In this document: positions 40,901 through 45,290 of the stretch, in pieces
Layout: each line of letters opens with the position of its first letter
Position numbering within the stretch: position 1 is the stretch's first letter
From: a virus
Taxonomy: Duplodnaviria; Caudoviricetes
Virus record (IMG/VR): IMGVR_UViG_3300020432_000004
Length of the DNA stretch: 64,000 nt
Direction: 5' to 3' (one strand)
The notes under the pieces: generated by a model
Databases searched by the model: none
What the model saw: only the letters and a program-made list of their open reading frames with translations
What the model was told of the DNA's origin: nothing
Translations under genes and position numbers: made by a program

Positions 40901-43900
40901 ATATGCTAAGATTCTTGAATGGGATAGTAAAGATAGACATCTTTATATTGGATCATTCTTAGAAGGTACAATCTCTGGTGGTGAAACAATTACAGGTCAA
41001 ACAGCAGGTGCAGCAACCATTATTACTGGTGGTGTTAGCAAGAAATTTGATTGGTATACACATCCTGCAAACGTTGAGATTCTTAGAAATGCAAGGTTAA
41101 TTAGTTCTAGTGTTCAAGATCAATTAATAGGTCAAAACGTTGGATATAATTTCCCAGAAGATTTGACTGGAGGCGGTAATGTTCTTACTAATGTAACAAT
41201 ATCAACAGACGTAACTGCTGCTCCTGATAATGCAGTTACTGCTGATAAGATTGTAGCAACATCAACTGTAGGTACTCATATATTACATAACAATTACAGT
41301 TTGAATGCGTTTGAAACATTTGACTCTGGTAACGTCACCTTTGATACTAGTGGAGAAACATTTGATACTGGACAAGTAGGTACAGCAGAAAGTCAGCAGT
41401 TTACATACTCCATATTCTTGAAGCAAGGTGAATATACTAAGGCACGTTTCCAAGTATCTCTAGATGAAGATACTCCTCAGAGACAGCAAGCATTCTATGA
41501 TATTGATTTAACAAATGGAACTACAGGTAGTATATTCCAACCTCAAGGTGGTTTACAGATAGATGCATCTGGTGTTATACCTTATGGTGGAGGATGGTAT
41601 AGAGCATTTATTACAGTTACATGTTCATTCGGTTTCCAACAACTCCGTCAAATGGTTCAAATTAAAAATGCTACTGGTCAAACTAGTTTTGGTGGTAATG
41701 GAACTGATGGTTTATTTGCATGGGGACAGAAATTAACTAAGGGATTAATTGATCCTTATGCTGCTACATCTGGTGAAGTATTCTATGCTGATACAGAATA
41801 CAACATTAAGACATATACTATCAATAAATTAGAAGGATGGATATATGATGCATTGAAGGATCAGTTAATTAATCCTTCTCCTGAGTCAGGATTCGTACCT
41901 TACTTTAGTGATGCTGATGCAGCAAATTATCATCCAGATTCAGTTCATAGATTAGTAAGATATAGTTTAGATATTATCCGTAATCAATTATTGAATAGCA
42001 CTTACTACACTGATATTATTGTTCAAAATGGTATAGTAAGTCCAACTAAAGATTATGGAACATTTGATATTCCTGTTGGATTAGCAGGTGGTCTAAACAA
42101 TGCTGATTACTTATATGGTCTAGCATCTGGTTCATACGCTGAACTAGAGAAAGTAACCATGAATGAAGGTGAAGTTGTTCAGATTTATCAGAGATTCCGT
42201 ATTGATGGTAATATTGTTGATGGTCCTTTCTTCATGAATGAAGTAGTTGAGAAACAAGGTGATAACACAGTTACTGGTGTTGTATATGGATTCTTTGAAG
42301 ATGATAACTTTAAGTATCTTGATGTTGCTGTAACTGGTGGAACATTCTCAGTATTAGATTATGTTGTTGGTGCAACTAACACAACAACTGCTCAGATCAA
42401 TGCTATTGAAGATAGAATACAGATTACTGATCTTCTAGGAGAATTTACAGATAATATTCCATTCAAAGGATATGACACAGGTGAAACTGCAATCCCAACT
42501 GGATTCTTAAAAGCACAAGCTGCTGTTACAGATAATAGTGGTGGTAAATTAACTGTTGACACTGAAACACTCATAGGTACATTTGAAACCACTGCTACAA
42601 TATTCCCAGAACAATCTAAATTATTCCTTGATGTTGCCAGATATGATGGATTAGATACCTTAATAGGTTACAGAATATCATCTGCAGGACATACAAGAAT
42701 TGGTATTTCAATTCAAAATAACAAGAACGTATTTACAGTTGGTAATAGACTTAATAAGATTACTAATGGTGTTATTGATCCTAATAACTATGGTATTATT
42801 ACAGAACTTGATCTTGACAATAACATCATATACTACATTCTTGCAGCAGGTAATATTACTAATGGTGATCAAGTTGGTGACTTTGGACCTGCACCAGATC
42901 CACTCAATCCATTAGGACACGCAGTAATTAACACTAAGTTAGATGTTGCAGGTGCTGCTACTGCATTGATTCAAGATATTAAAGAGGTTGGTGTTAATAA
43001 GAGATTCTATCTAACAGATGTTCGTGGAACATTTAGTGGTAGAGATGGAATCTTCAGTAAAGATGGTTACAAGGCAGCGATCATAACTAAGACTGATCTT
43101 AAGGGACGTGTAGAACGTGCATTTAGAGGATTTGATGGAGTTCAAACTAACTTTAAGTTAACTATTGAGAATGGAACTAAGTACTTCCCTGATCCTGCAG
43201 GACATATGTTGATCTTTATCAATGGTGTTCTACAACCACCAGGTTCAGCAAATGCTTATACAGCATTCTCAGATAACATCCAGTTTACTGAAGCACCTGA
43301 TCTTGGAGCATCATTTACAGGATTCTATGTTGGTAAACTAAGACAGTTAGATGATATATCATTTGAGTTTGATTCATTACGTCAGTCATTCAACTTGAAA
43401 CGTGACGATGTGTTCTACTCATTGACACTGACTGATGGTGTTCAATCTTCTACAATCTTACCAGAAAATAATATCATTGTTTCACTCAATGGTGTTATAC
43501 AGGAACCAGGCGTTGGTTTTGAATTGGTTGGTTCTAGAATTATATTCTCTGAAATTCCTCGTGTTGGATCAACCTTCGTTGCCTTCTCCTACGTTGGTTC
43601 TGAAGCGGACGTAGACGCTGCTGAGGTTGTACCTCCAATCGAAGTTGGTGACTTTATTGATATACAAGGTGAGACTGAAGATAGACAGGTTGCTGTTATC
43701 GAATCTTCTAACTCCTTGATTACATTCGACTATCTTGGATCTGTATTTGGACAGAATGCAAAAGCATCTGCCACACTAACATCTGGAACTATTGATAGAG
43801 TTCAAGTTACAGCAGGTGGATCTGGTTACACAACTAGACCAAATGTAAGGGTTGACTCTATATCTGGATTTGATGGAAACATTCGTGCACTCGTCGGGGT

Positions 43901-44039
43901 TGCAGGTGTTGAAGTCAGTAACGTTGGTTCTGGATATCAAAACCCTGTAGTTTCTGTTGAAACTGTAGTCCCCGATGACTGGACTCCTCCTGACTTAAGT
44001 CTATACGGAGAAGAACCAGTTGACCCCGAAACCCCATAA
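19935..44039 (+). CDS. gp7: giant (8034 aa) baseplate wedge initiator/gp7-like virion protein with YHYH, beta-propeller, LamG-like, phycobiliprotein-like and beta-repeat domains
   Basis: Between gp6 and gp8; PDFV...FLEYYY, IKDFYSCKGT...LFKLLYG, IQDSYYYQDFSY..KS...HPA are gp7-type motifs. Confidence 0.8.
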   Translation: MTNINKVSQAVVSQTPDFVESDYPLFNRFLEYYYASQEKTGLGQNILNNFLGYLDIDKLDISILDGSTKVREGITATSDKIVVESVDSFLEKNGTILVDNEVIFYETTTPAPNIALTPGINYDQVKLKWSELASPLTSFDGTTSRFPLLSQSNPVGPPSAQHMIVRVYGDWLLPNVDYTVDGDHIVFTNPPRARVVADDAAYTYITYLNGFTENDIVAMDNISGAFGENKRQFTITRNGVRYEPTVDEYVIAIYDNKLMIPKIDFFIDGDQFIFKEAPLNGRILNFYAIEAPIPSFGKDAVGYAQISDAGTLTGISVNNSGTQYRFQYPPQVSINSETGTGASATALVNGVKTLSLLNGGFGYSETNPPVVQVESPTLDGSQQATLKATVTNGAVSGLEVVNSGSGYTFTPRITFRQPGGCTLGTGQILNGSISMVPPITYGGFGYTTAPHVYVDEPTGESPIRANIKAHLVDGAVSQLEILNAGQGYTTTPRIAIVDPVGAQVLETVVDTDGRVTSIELLDGGGGYEDIPSVYIVDNRIDDRGTFIGGTGAKAVASIFNGRITDINVTEFGRGYSQTTPPIVVIQAPPEAEASATIGVNEVTGFNINQSGTGYTKAQFVGCARAASAITAYTQTGNAVFTNETTASAHSIDAPVKCLDALFVKRLLDKYTEQFLPDVPALDYNTIDVRTAIKTIKDFYSCKGTSYSIAYLFKLLYGEQVNISYPKDQIIKPSAATWSIDTILRATIVSGDPANIRDGLLTQDADIADENIRQASALVENFISIKTSEVEIYELILSEETIDGTFVVPYKTKLAEPLDQTEGIITVDSTIGWPERNGEFLIGGSSDVAELIQYKEKSLNQFIECTRSVNGVVEDWDSATEVKSNFKVYVNKGTAQEVVMNVVGIVDAQQTTLTDTGSYYLPGDKLAISKLGGTDISSELTTWLYNVKKLISVTGITFGGINDQAATVTCANPHGLLVGDQVTIYGANPIIYNGTFLVTSRDSPTVFQYQLPQPGGVIPQGNILVSIDLNKGKSASEQILTAIGSYTTNVQNTFFNDNYVYVASTGIPNYEIGPFPGSALLPGNQRKLNRFPRTAQTISTKNLINPGPVGTWVNGVSIWSYKSAFFKTFGAVTDISITNVGQDYDAASPPNITIAGGGGSGATGSVVVNGSLSEVEVLTGGSGYTSSPLVSIVGGGGSGAAATAIITKGVVSRILINSGGTGYTSQPSITIVGGGGTGATATANVRGPIQSIAVTSGGASYTSNPDVTLSSGSGAVAQAIVQNGRIISIAIISAGSGYTTAPIVSIQGDGFGAVARAGIDIDGENAGRVTSVEILNRGIGYIQGTTLINLTSVGQGALFTANVFQWTYNLQATSSLDTAKGGVFEGYNNQYGGEYAHLSNPQRLRYVLGDNLQEPTVGNVVEQAEQLNHSPIVGWAFDGNPIYGPYGYADPTDQASAINRLNTSYRLKTELVYDPVTNPYPARIAGPLLNDETAGNFVEDYEYVFGLGDLDQYNGRFCKTPEFPGGRYCYFVTIDTTEQGNPVFPYVLGPSFNSVVDTWNLSDGATQQNIPTGVVRYRDPYENVDIDVERAPNASTNALTTEDGELLLFEVEDENRDAVISQDELDDPDQIFEESPLQLFDYFPKVKFDSKVDIEVETITKFEDASVTGFTVENPGASYQVNDRLVFDNTDTDGTGVSARVSHIQGEPVSTYGFESIGGLNYGVLKTQNPHNLTVGDNVVVDYTPIMNNTNKTFVVKQIKGVEEIVIDQQGSGYNSELPPTIILDGDGTGAALEAVVSSVGSISSVNVTNSGQNYTTNPRVILSHPQIYKKADYYISKIESNDYVKVNDVFVNDAKEIYICGKTKDSFGYTIAFVSKLSATGVKDWEKTIKSTDGQQEVEFERILVDGMDVYCVGHNRPNSNILEAYNPDVVLCKYTQAANGLSASLQYQKAYAGISGSTRSDNVSAIAKYSDTRFVIGGHTNTNSGNPFDAYIAVVDTLGNFAVKRKITSVNVSEKITDLLVNGTDIYYTFEIATSPNASSVDTGIGKANVGTSAISLLWNKQLTNTLYSFMDTSLTIDEFSELYITATTRLKADNTTKDGFWVGKFNVDGDTLWNYRYGVLGGYSINVAKRSHIDIFGDLNVAINKYQNTDGELTVDVVKLGYNGIIKSHTNNKFDVNNIEGLTAHTLFPDSSGDVHVYGQTSWNRNELLLPFTSGETTDTTGHYTPTFIGEGNSLKFDSTNGYAQILGKDTVTPTTWVNSAIQVNGSDLGTKLTNNWTIEFMLYKDAVGNNNTHSQTQQTLIAIGDATLSTGGLWLYYDISSGELQLVVTANGTALNSASGALQSAVTTMFADNTWQFISLTKSAGQYTAYVNGIQVLQGTIDNTAFQNQNLYIGNIPGRSGTTGQFRSNEQGQYHVDNLRIRNRAVTPTVPNDVTNYPIAGEFNEGFNWQDTSWFSTYTNKYDYIDYVGWGLKIDKNADAARLGTQTAQTNTQIGFTRTAIAVVEGGELTVNNTGFALAEAGFQNLDFDDADTSMSQDSSTLTYLQDVWSSRTATVPSPGSQKLRVTANVKDRYYFKVTPTVKIDNIQELTLNQEFRFTTGTKLRLNNDAGVFQNSGYIIRQDVTNRKIYLAVNNNAWSDNLNAGYIVTEQFNEQSTYGIVGPIPNDINELTFTFAQLNNTTPGVFDIDLNNFNHPEGGTNNMDELTRFKPYTDDDYSIRIDEVSGGSPYIVGSVINIDSGDISYNAEYTTAQIQNLTGVLKITLIATLRRIIQATAVANSDEVYIVTGSSHYLTEGEMVNIDGNPSQTYNSLVYDEYDGAFPVHTVVSPVEFTYKLPNAALTSPATNSGQVNIYVKSPVLKMYYGHQYLFDVSHSSMAGGNLSFSKDNLYKLEYSFNSIERVGTPGITGQGVPNPTVKLKVDTDIVTNISYYFDPSRTGDDSPVIKSSYLDVVNSPYVGNFTISSISGATITRGADTFKFPLANEPEGNADVINTSYSTSSLKAVGSISDIRIVNPGGFYTRLPVVTTIQSSRQIERVQIDAPGTEYAVGVYNSVPIAGDGEGGFVSITVADGTDDEGVTIPGQIQEVVVTSPGKGYTVASIDVESISGILGAGLTGSGVDLNVVIPPAGTGASIFTKGTKVGKIKKLQNNNFGYDYPHDYTLRPEISFPINAQLTSTSILDSITVTDPGSGYSQAPAVVITGGGGANATAEASIKNGRLDDVIVKDPGSGYSSAPTVSLRSSFNYVVNLDLGLLQFAFPHGIQNGAEVSLTVTDTGDGADFPLAAGAIGRLNSTNTYYAIAGTANSLEENQLKIAITAANAALGDSIQFVNAGTGRQTILTESFGGAAEANVVTSTFLEGELVYQGDTLETATAQGYVSTNQGWQVGPRVIKIVDYTGEFNANERITGVISKSSGIISDLKIARGVLEIGSITKTTGQFIDDIGKPSEIIQKIQDSYYYQDFSYAVKSAVSIGEWKEILLKNVHPASFKVFGELNLSDYGQIPNKETDFQITKSVELAREAIVPNIQSFSLVEPVYSQFNNSEVLFRQKRLTSSENILTSVVQRLDDISNLFDGVKTQFPLSVNGENVVANANQLMIILNGVAQTPETSFSILGDSIVFSQPPQPPASVKYVNVTIEEIDISELTFSNISGIFPLIGNSMGGQTSGSRFTVTSVVGNNIRGFFTEGTAFIVGELVSNSATGFIANYDSVSSISNLGLFVFGEQVTNLTGQTAKVEAINLAGGAEDPLGQLRYGVGPSTAAIEVVADKAQSTDPDTPPPSGTFVVGGNYQVGSEIVNVTQITENNDSTILEVTRGQLGTTAATQAEDGPVYSTVVNVNDKLTLSKTTGTYQSTPGLFDLELNDVIIGAQSNVVARLTATSTYQDPATQEFIGQVNISEGSSFFGLLFNRVTSITYPNIVLDDISISTISVVDFETFTTDIDSQFPANEFISQIVIPYDNASGALSVGEMIRNYKLDYGNNVGTFTAGESGKSRKLTFKEKQGTGLFSVGQTVRTRDTKAEVIGFDFAGNTIYLGKIGRSLRGGADYHQFNFSNAAQLDTAQKKFGDSSLLLDAATNDYIQIPASSEFTRGTGDYTIEFQVRLDATSLVDTKTLLDMRTSATEVALRIYLQAAQVRVNVNGSDIATSGGNALNNDVWYHLVIQRTGTSLKIYSNGVEIGTGTDSSNYTLDRPIRIGSDLSGLNSMTGHIDEFRYSVVSRYATAPFNAPSGIFQGDADTKVLCHFDGADGQTSTEDWSGGESFTKTEYINNDAILKTHQASNAAPAGFTTKSHRYLNAADLMLMNKEYLAQETVYIMKEVFPAHSVKGSEVDCEDDVRDVIDSLVDDLRNGSNHHMWKASSYYVNREVNPIQIVNVEDDVSMTVFVYKILDKLAKYIVNNVPWSTQGDHGLIQKYDTSITFDGYTSQTLTKFTPTAIDYHPSMGDMEITAASHGLAAPRTITATDSGYTATTGVLTIQSVGHNLETGDRIKFEPNSITMTCTCDGNVVSQSYPRTDDPANQGWLEVAKIDNDNFSVNVGTSPTVNYTATSADYDSNTGFLTMDIGDNDLRPGSKYTVSNAAYNPTTGVMTVSVGNDQYDVHDADYSPTSGDLEIYTGTHNLKTGQRVKIANDGITFRCSQDDYATDHAYPRATDPARDTALEVTHVTDTSFTVNVGKSPIVTYDVSNATFNPNNGDMELTIGSHTLAQGTSIRIATQSIGFTCTYGAGVHYYPRPLIDEHVPSDAAYNPTTGVVTFTVAQGHGMKNGDKVKIPDYALSFTCDKDNNVTTHRYPRPYDPVSDRWIEISNVQTTSFDVQVLDTAPSTNTSTHTFVSFAGVIQQKRDKSFEQSIEITGTTPTTITINVGISSNTTTHTYSTSKAGAVITGGNYKHKFRSALDNAITVEHGLYVGDRVMFDRDSLTFTCLEDSNATEHTYPRITDPYYNKWLPISNVTHTSFDVQVLSSTPSTNQTAHTFVRSKVNGLTRSGETLKLAKDALSFTCSQDNDATVHSYPRVDDSVYNTAIPIWSNGSTRMTAQSATYNTAEGLLIITILNHGLTVGTELRLENNSLVFTCSKDGNKTEHSYPRPKDPFAARWLRIKAVTDHTFTLFVGAASPTGQYAHTFVRAIKDGIVKRDNTVTINVGATPTKAYTPSAATYNAGTGALELNVGNHSYPAPTQHTPTDVAYNPVSGVMTLTIAGHNFSNGEKIKIDDNGITLSCPYGGATGSAAQKTYPRPTDPVSNKWIPIFNVTTDTFDVQVLDKVPSTNVDTHTFVSAVNNCVKKANYTVKLAPDSLVMTCDMDSNATKHLYPRSNVAQHTASTGTTYNPVSGVLKVSIPTESFTASAANYNVTTGDCVLTISQNAGSYNVTGATYAPTTGVLVLTIGTHSLTTSDRIKITPESLKFTCDYNNDNNETIHPYPRASGAYNSTNSKADYAYDTWLDITAVSPNTITVNVNGGQGAITDISNHTFVGALDGAVQVGHGIVPGNKVKLAPNSLTFTCTLDGNTAQKSYPRSTGANTTSGADYAYDKWLRVMAVGENTITINLNGGQGAISDTSAHTFVSATTDGITLGHGMVAGTPIKIKDNSIKFRCGFDNYETLHPYPRPSDPASDKWLFISNVDDSSFEVNVLQGTTPTNTTTHTYAGSDDLGIIQGDPLVAQAIPIDSVTSNTITINALDGYTPSFTPNHTLDSISTNQFTPTNAVYNGETGVMTITVATTLFQPSMIAYNAITGEMQMTIGSHSLSIGQEILIAPNSLTFTCDYNGDGNTTNKTYPRASGAATPSGADFAYNNHLQITDTTATSITVNVNGGGGSITDTTSHQFVSATAGAISVGHGIQNGEKIKIADGGITFTCTHDSNATNHPYPRATDPASGRWLDVMNVTNTTFDVQVLDEIPSTNTTAHTFVSATTNAITRAIVSTGGNYKHKFVSGLTNGVRTGGDYTHTFVSATTNGIHVAGDCVYIDDNSLRFTCSQDNHLTQHDYPRSTDPASHQVMEVKTVDNDRFVINVGKSPQDKRYDHLFVSGDANSITKSKYFVTNCSDVYTTTNNLISILTDTIEQAALASPVDHLATVTDLNPVQEFIGGRVHSYLEVPFKITYEDDASELIYTDRIDVFSRYRFRDAAELIRQNRGAIVDKASFDMLQRYPDLNQDMPRNQNGASTDGTERCKTDLGLVVDGLANDVENGGNKNVVTAAGFYIGANNEIQHIRLQLPQSIYVHERLIYYLKQAIDGTLTTDNTENLIVGDWGITNNDYTTSYDVYDAAYTPSTGDLTLTLASNTGSYSVSGAVYNPTSGDLTLTIGTHTLTTTDKVGIAEESLVFTCDYNGNGNQTQKRYPRSFGANTTNGADYAYNQFLDITAVNQSGGTITVNVNGGQGAITDTTTHNFVVTPSATNAVTVGHGFGVGDSLQINNEALTFTCSMDGNVSNKTYPRATDPAYGKALTINSRTATTVTVNVGPSPLVRYTPTMATYTASTGVMVLTIGNHNLQVGQPIKISGGALKFTCSMDQNESIKSYPRTTDPFYDKPIDITATTADTIQINVGQSPIVMHNVSNATYDPNTGVMVLTIGINHGLTANTSIKLATESLVFTCTLDGNTVEKSYPRATTANTGTGADYAYDTAINIDSVDQNAGTITINVNGGQGAISDTSAHTFVSANSGAVRSGGDYVHTFHSADTESVIAGGDYTHVWAGGTATDAVFTVGDCADVKTNIESLIETVNDIIAPTGKDYDVAGNRLYFNRELIAEDVTSNMLTGFTYQAGPTTYFAFQFGGSNLEATEFQADVEFLVKSLISDLQTGGNSSSIRALEETYLNADGTLHRIEDMVMATVYGMEVLKEVGREVIRNNVYNSFESQPFGAYSTPSGKAAYRDGEETVDIDQVVGDWNNLLDHVIEFFSPGKKIARSGMKQILYNANYYKNELNNLVNTQFGTGSWVYNDFVDQLLGNMIQDSITTDVDHVIDAYRLTVDNVSGEFKVDEVVTASGGGYAKILEWDSKDRHLYIGSFLEGTISGGETITGQTAGAATIITGGVSKKFDWYTHPANVEILRNARLISSSVQDQLIGQNVGYNFPEDLTGGGNVLTNVTISTDVTAAPDNAVTADKIVATSTVGTHILHNNYSLNAFETFDSGNVTFDTSGETFDTGQVGTAESQQFTYSIFLKQGEYTKARFQVSLDEDTPQRQQAFYDIDLTNGTTGSIFQPQGGLQIDASGVIPYGGGWYRAFITVTCSFGFQQLRQMVQIKNATGQTSFGGNGTDGLFAWGQKLTKGLIDPYAATSGEVFYADTEYNIKTYTINKLEGWIYDALKDQLINPSPESGFVPYFSDADAANYHPDSVHRLVRYSLDIIRNQLLNSTYYTDIIVQNGIVSPTKDYGTFDIPVGLAGGLNNADYLYGLASGSYAELEKVTMNEGEVVQIYQRFRIDGNIVDGPFFMNEVVEKQGDNTVTGVVYGFFEDDNFKYLDVAVTGGTFSVLDYVVGATNTTTAQINAIEDRIQITDLLGEFTDNIPFKGYDTGETAIPTGFLKAQAAVTDNSGGKLTVDTETLIGTFETTATIFPEQSKLFLDVARYDGLDTLIGYRISSAGHTRIGISIQNNKNVFTVGNRLNKITNGVIDPNNYGIITELDLDNNIIYYILAAGNITNGDQVGDFGPAPDPLNPLGHAVINTKLDVAGAATALIQDIKEVGVNKRFYLTDVRGTFSGRDGIFSKDGYKAAIITKTDLKGRVERAFRGFDGVQTNFKLTIENGTKYFPDPAGHMLIFINGVLQPPGSANAYTAFSDNIQFTEAPDLGASFTGFYVGKLRQLDDISFEFDSLRQSFNLKRDDVFYSLTLTDGVQSSTILPENNIIVSLNGVIQEPGVGFELVGSRIIFSEIPRVGSTFVAFSYVGSEADVDAAEVVPPIEVGDFIDIQGETEDRQVAVIESSNSLITFDYLGSVFGQNAKASATLTSGTIDRVQVTAGGSGYTTRPNVRVDSISGFDGNIRALVGVAGVEVSNVGSGYQNPVVSVETVVPDDWTPPDLSLYGEEPVDPETP
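33230..40050 (+). repeat. intragenic array of ~20 beta-rich repeats (YNPTTG..LTIG.H...FTC..D...YPR..DP...HTFVSA)
   Basis: Visible in the translation; recurrent FTCxxD and YPR motifs. Confidence 0.85.
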
Positions 44040-44042
44040 ATA
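44037..44042 (+). promoter_or_regulatory. T4-type late promoter (TAAATA)
   Basis: ATAAATA overlapping the gp7 stop, 18 nt before the next ATG. Confidence 0.7.
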
Positions 44043-44060
44043 ACTAAAAAATAGCGAACA

Positions 44061-45287
44061 ATGGCTAAACAAGTAATCGGTCTTGGATCTGCTGCTAATG
44101 ATAACACAGGTGATACTCTTCGTGCAGGTGGTGATAAGGTTAACGACAATTTCAGTGAAGTTTATACTGCTTTAGGTAATGGAACAGACCTAACGATAAC
44201 TCTTGCCAATCCTGGCGTTAATCAGGTGTTACGTTATAATGGATCTACTTTTACTCCTTCAGATTATAGTACTCTGACTTCTTCATTAGATGTAAATGGT
44301 AATACAATAATTTCTACATCAAACGGTAATATCCCTATTGCTCCAAATGGAACTGGTAATGTTACCATTGCTGCAGGTGGTGTAACCAATACTTTTAACG
44401 GAACTACTGGTAATGTTGATTTCCCAACTTCTATTGCATATAAGAATGAGTATACAGCAATAGGATCAGCACCTTCTGCCTCATCATATACAGGTTATTT
44501 CTTTACAGTTGATGGTGATGATAATCCATATGTAAATATCAATATTACTGCAGGTGGTGTTGGAGATACAAGAGCAAAAATTTTAACAGAGTACTCTAGT
44601 CTTGGACAAGTTGGAGATGTAGATACAACAACAAATGCTCCTACTAATGGACAATTATTAAAGTGGAATACATCAGATGGTAAATGGGCACCTGCTGATG
44701 ATCTAGCTGGTGCAGGATCTCAGAATTTATGGGAATCTATTGTTGCCGATACAGGAACAGCAACTGCTGATTCTGCAACTGATTCATTAACAATAGCAGG
44801 TGGAACTGATATAGGAACTAGCATAACTGGTGATACAGTAACTATCAATTATACTGGAACTCCTGTAACTTCATTTGCTGCATTGACTGATACAGACCTT
44901 TCTGGAATAGTAAAGGGTGACTCAGTTTATTGGAATAATACTGATTGGGTTGTAGCTAGAAGTCCTGTTATTTGGTGGAACTTAAACTCTGTTGGTGGAT
45001 CTGATTATACTTTCTCTGGTCCTGGTTTTACTGGTGCTGTGAATGACCCAACTCTTTATGTTTATAGAGGGTTTACTTATATCTTTGATAACTCAGTTCA
45101 AGGTGGTGCTCATCCATTTAGGATTCAAAGCACACAGGGTTTAACTGGAACTCCATATACTGCAGGTCAGTCAGGTAGTGGATCTAATATTTTATATTGG
45201 ACAGTTCCGTTGGATGCTCCTGCGGTTTTATATTATCAGTGTACACTTCATTCTGCCATGCAAGGCACAATTAACGTAGCGGTATAG
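44061..45287 (+). CDS. baseplate tail-fibre connector/short fibre (gp9/gp10-type N-terminus) with C-terminal cupredoxin-like domain
   Basis: KQVIGLGSAANDNTGDTLRAGGDKVNDNFSEVY; C-terminal HPF...YYQCTLHSAMQG. Confidence 0.8.
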   Translation: MAKQVIGLGSAANDNTGDTLRAGGDKVNDNFSEVYTALGNGTDLTITLANPGVNQVLRYNGSTFTPSDYSTLTSSLDVNGNTIISTSNGNIPIAPNGTGNVTIAAGGVTNTFNGTTGNVDFPTSIAYKNEYTAIGSAPSASSYTGYFFTVDGDDNPYVNINITAGGVGDTRAKILTEYSSLGQVGDVDTTTNAPTNGQLLKWNTSDGKWAPADDLAGAGSQNLWESIVADTGTATADSATDSLTIAGGTDIGTSITGDTVTINYTGTPVTSFAALTDTDLSGIVKGDSVYWNNTDWVVARSPVIWWNLNSVGGSDYTFSGPGFTGAVNDPTLYVYRGFTYIFDNSVQGGAHPFRIQSTQGLTGTPYTAGQSGSGSNILYWTVPLDAPAVLYYQCTLHSAMQGTINVAV

Positions 45288-45290
45288 TAA

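Noticed and set aside
19935-44039. Intein, intron or assembly artefact explaining the 8034-aa ORF
   Set aside because: No intein splice or homing-endonuclease motifs noticed; repeats are diverged rather than identical; gp7-type motifs and gene order are intact
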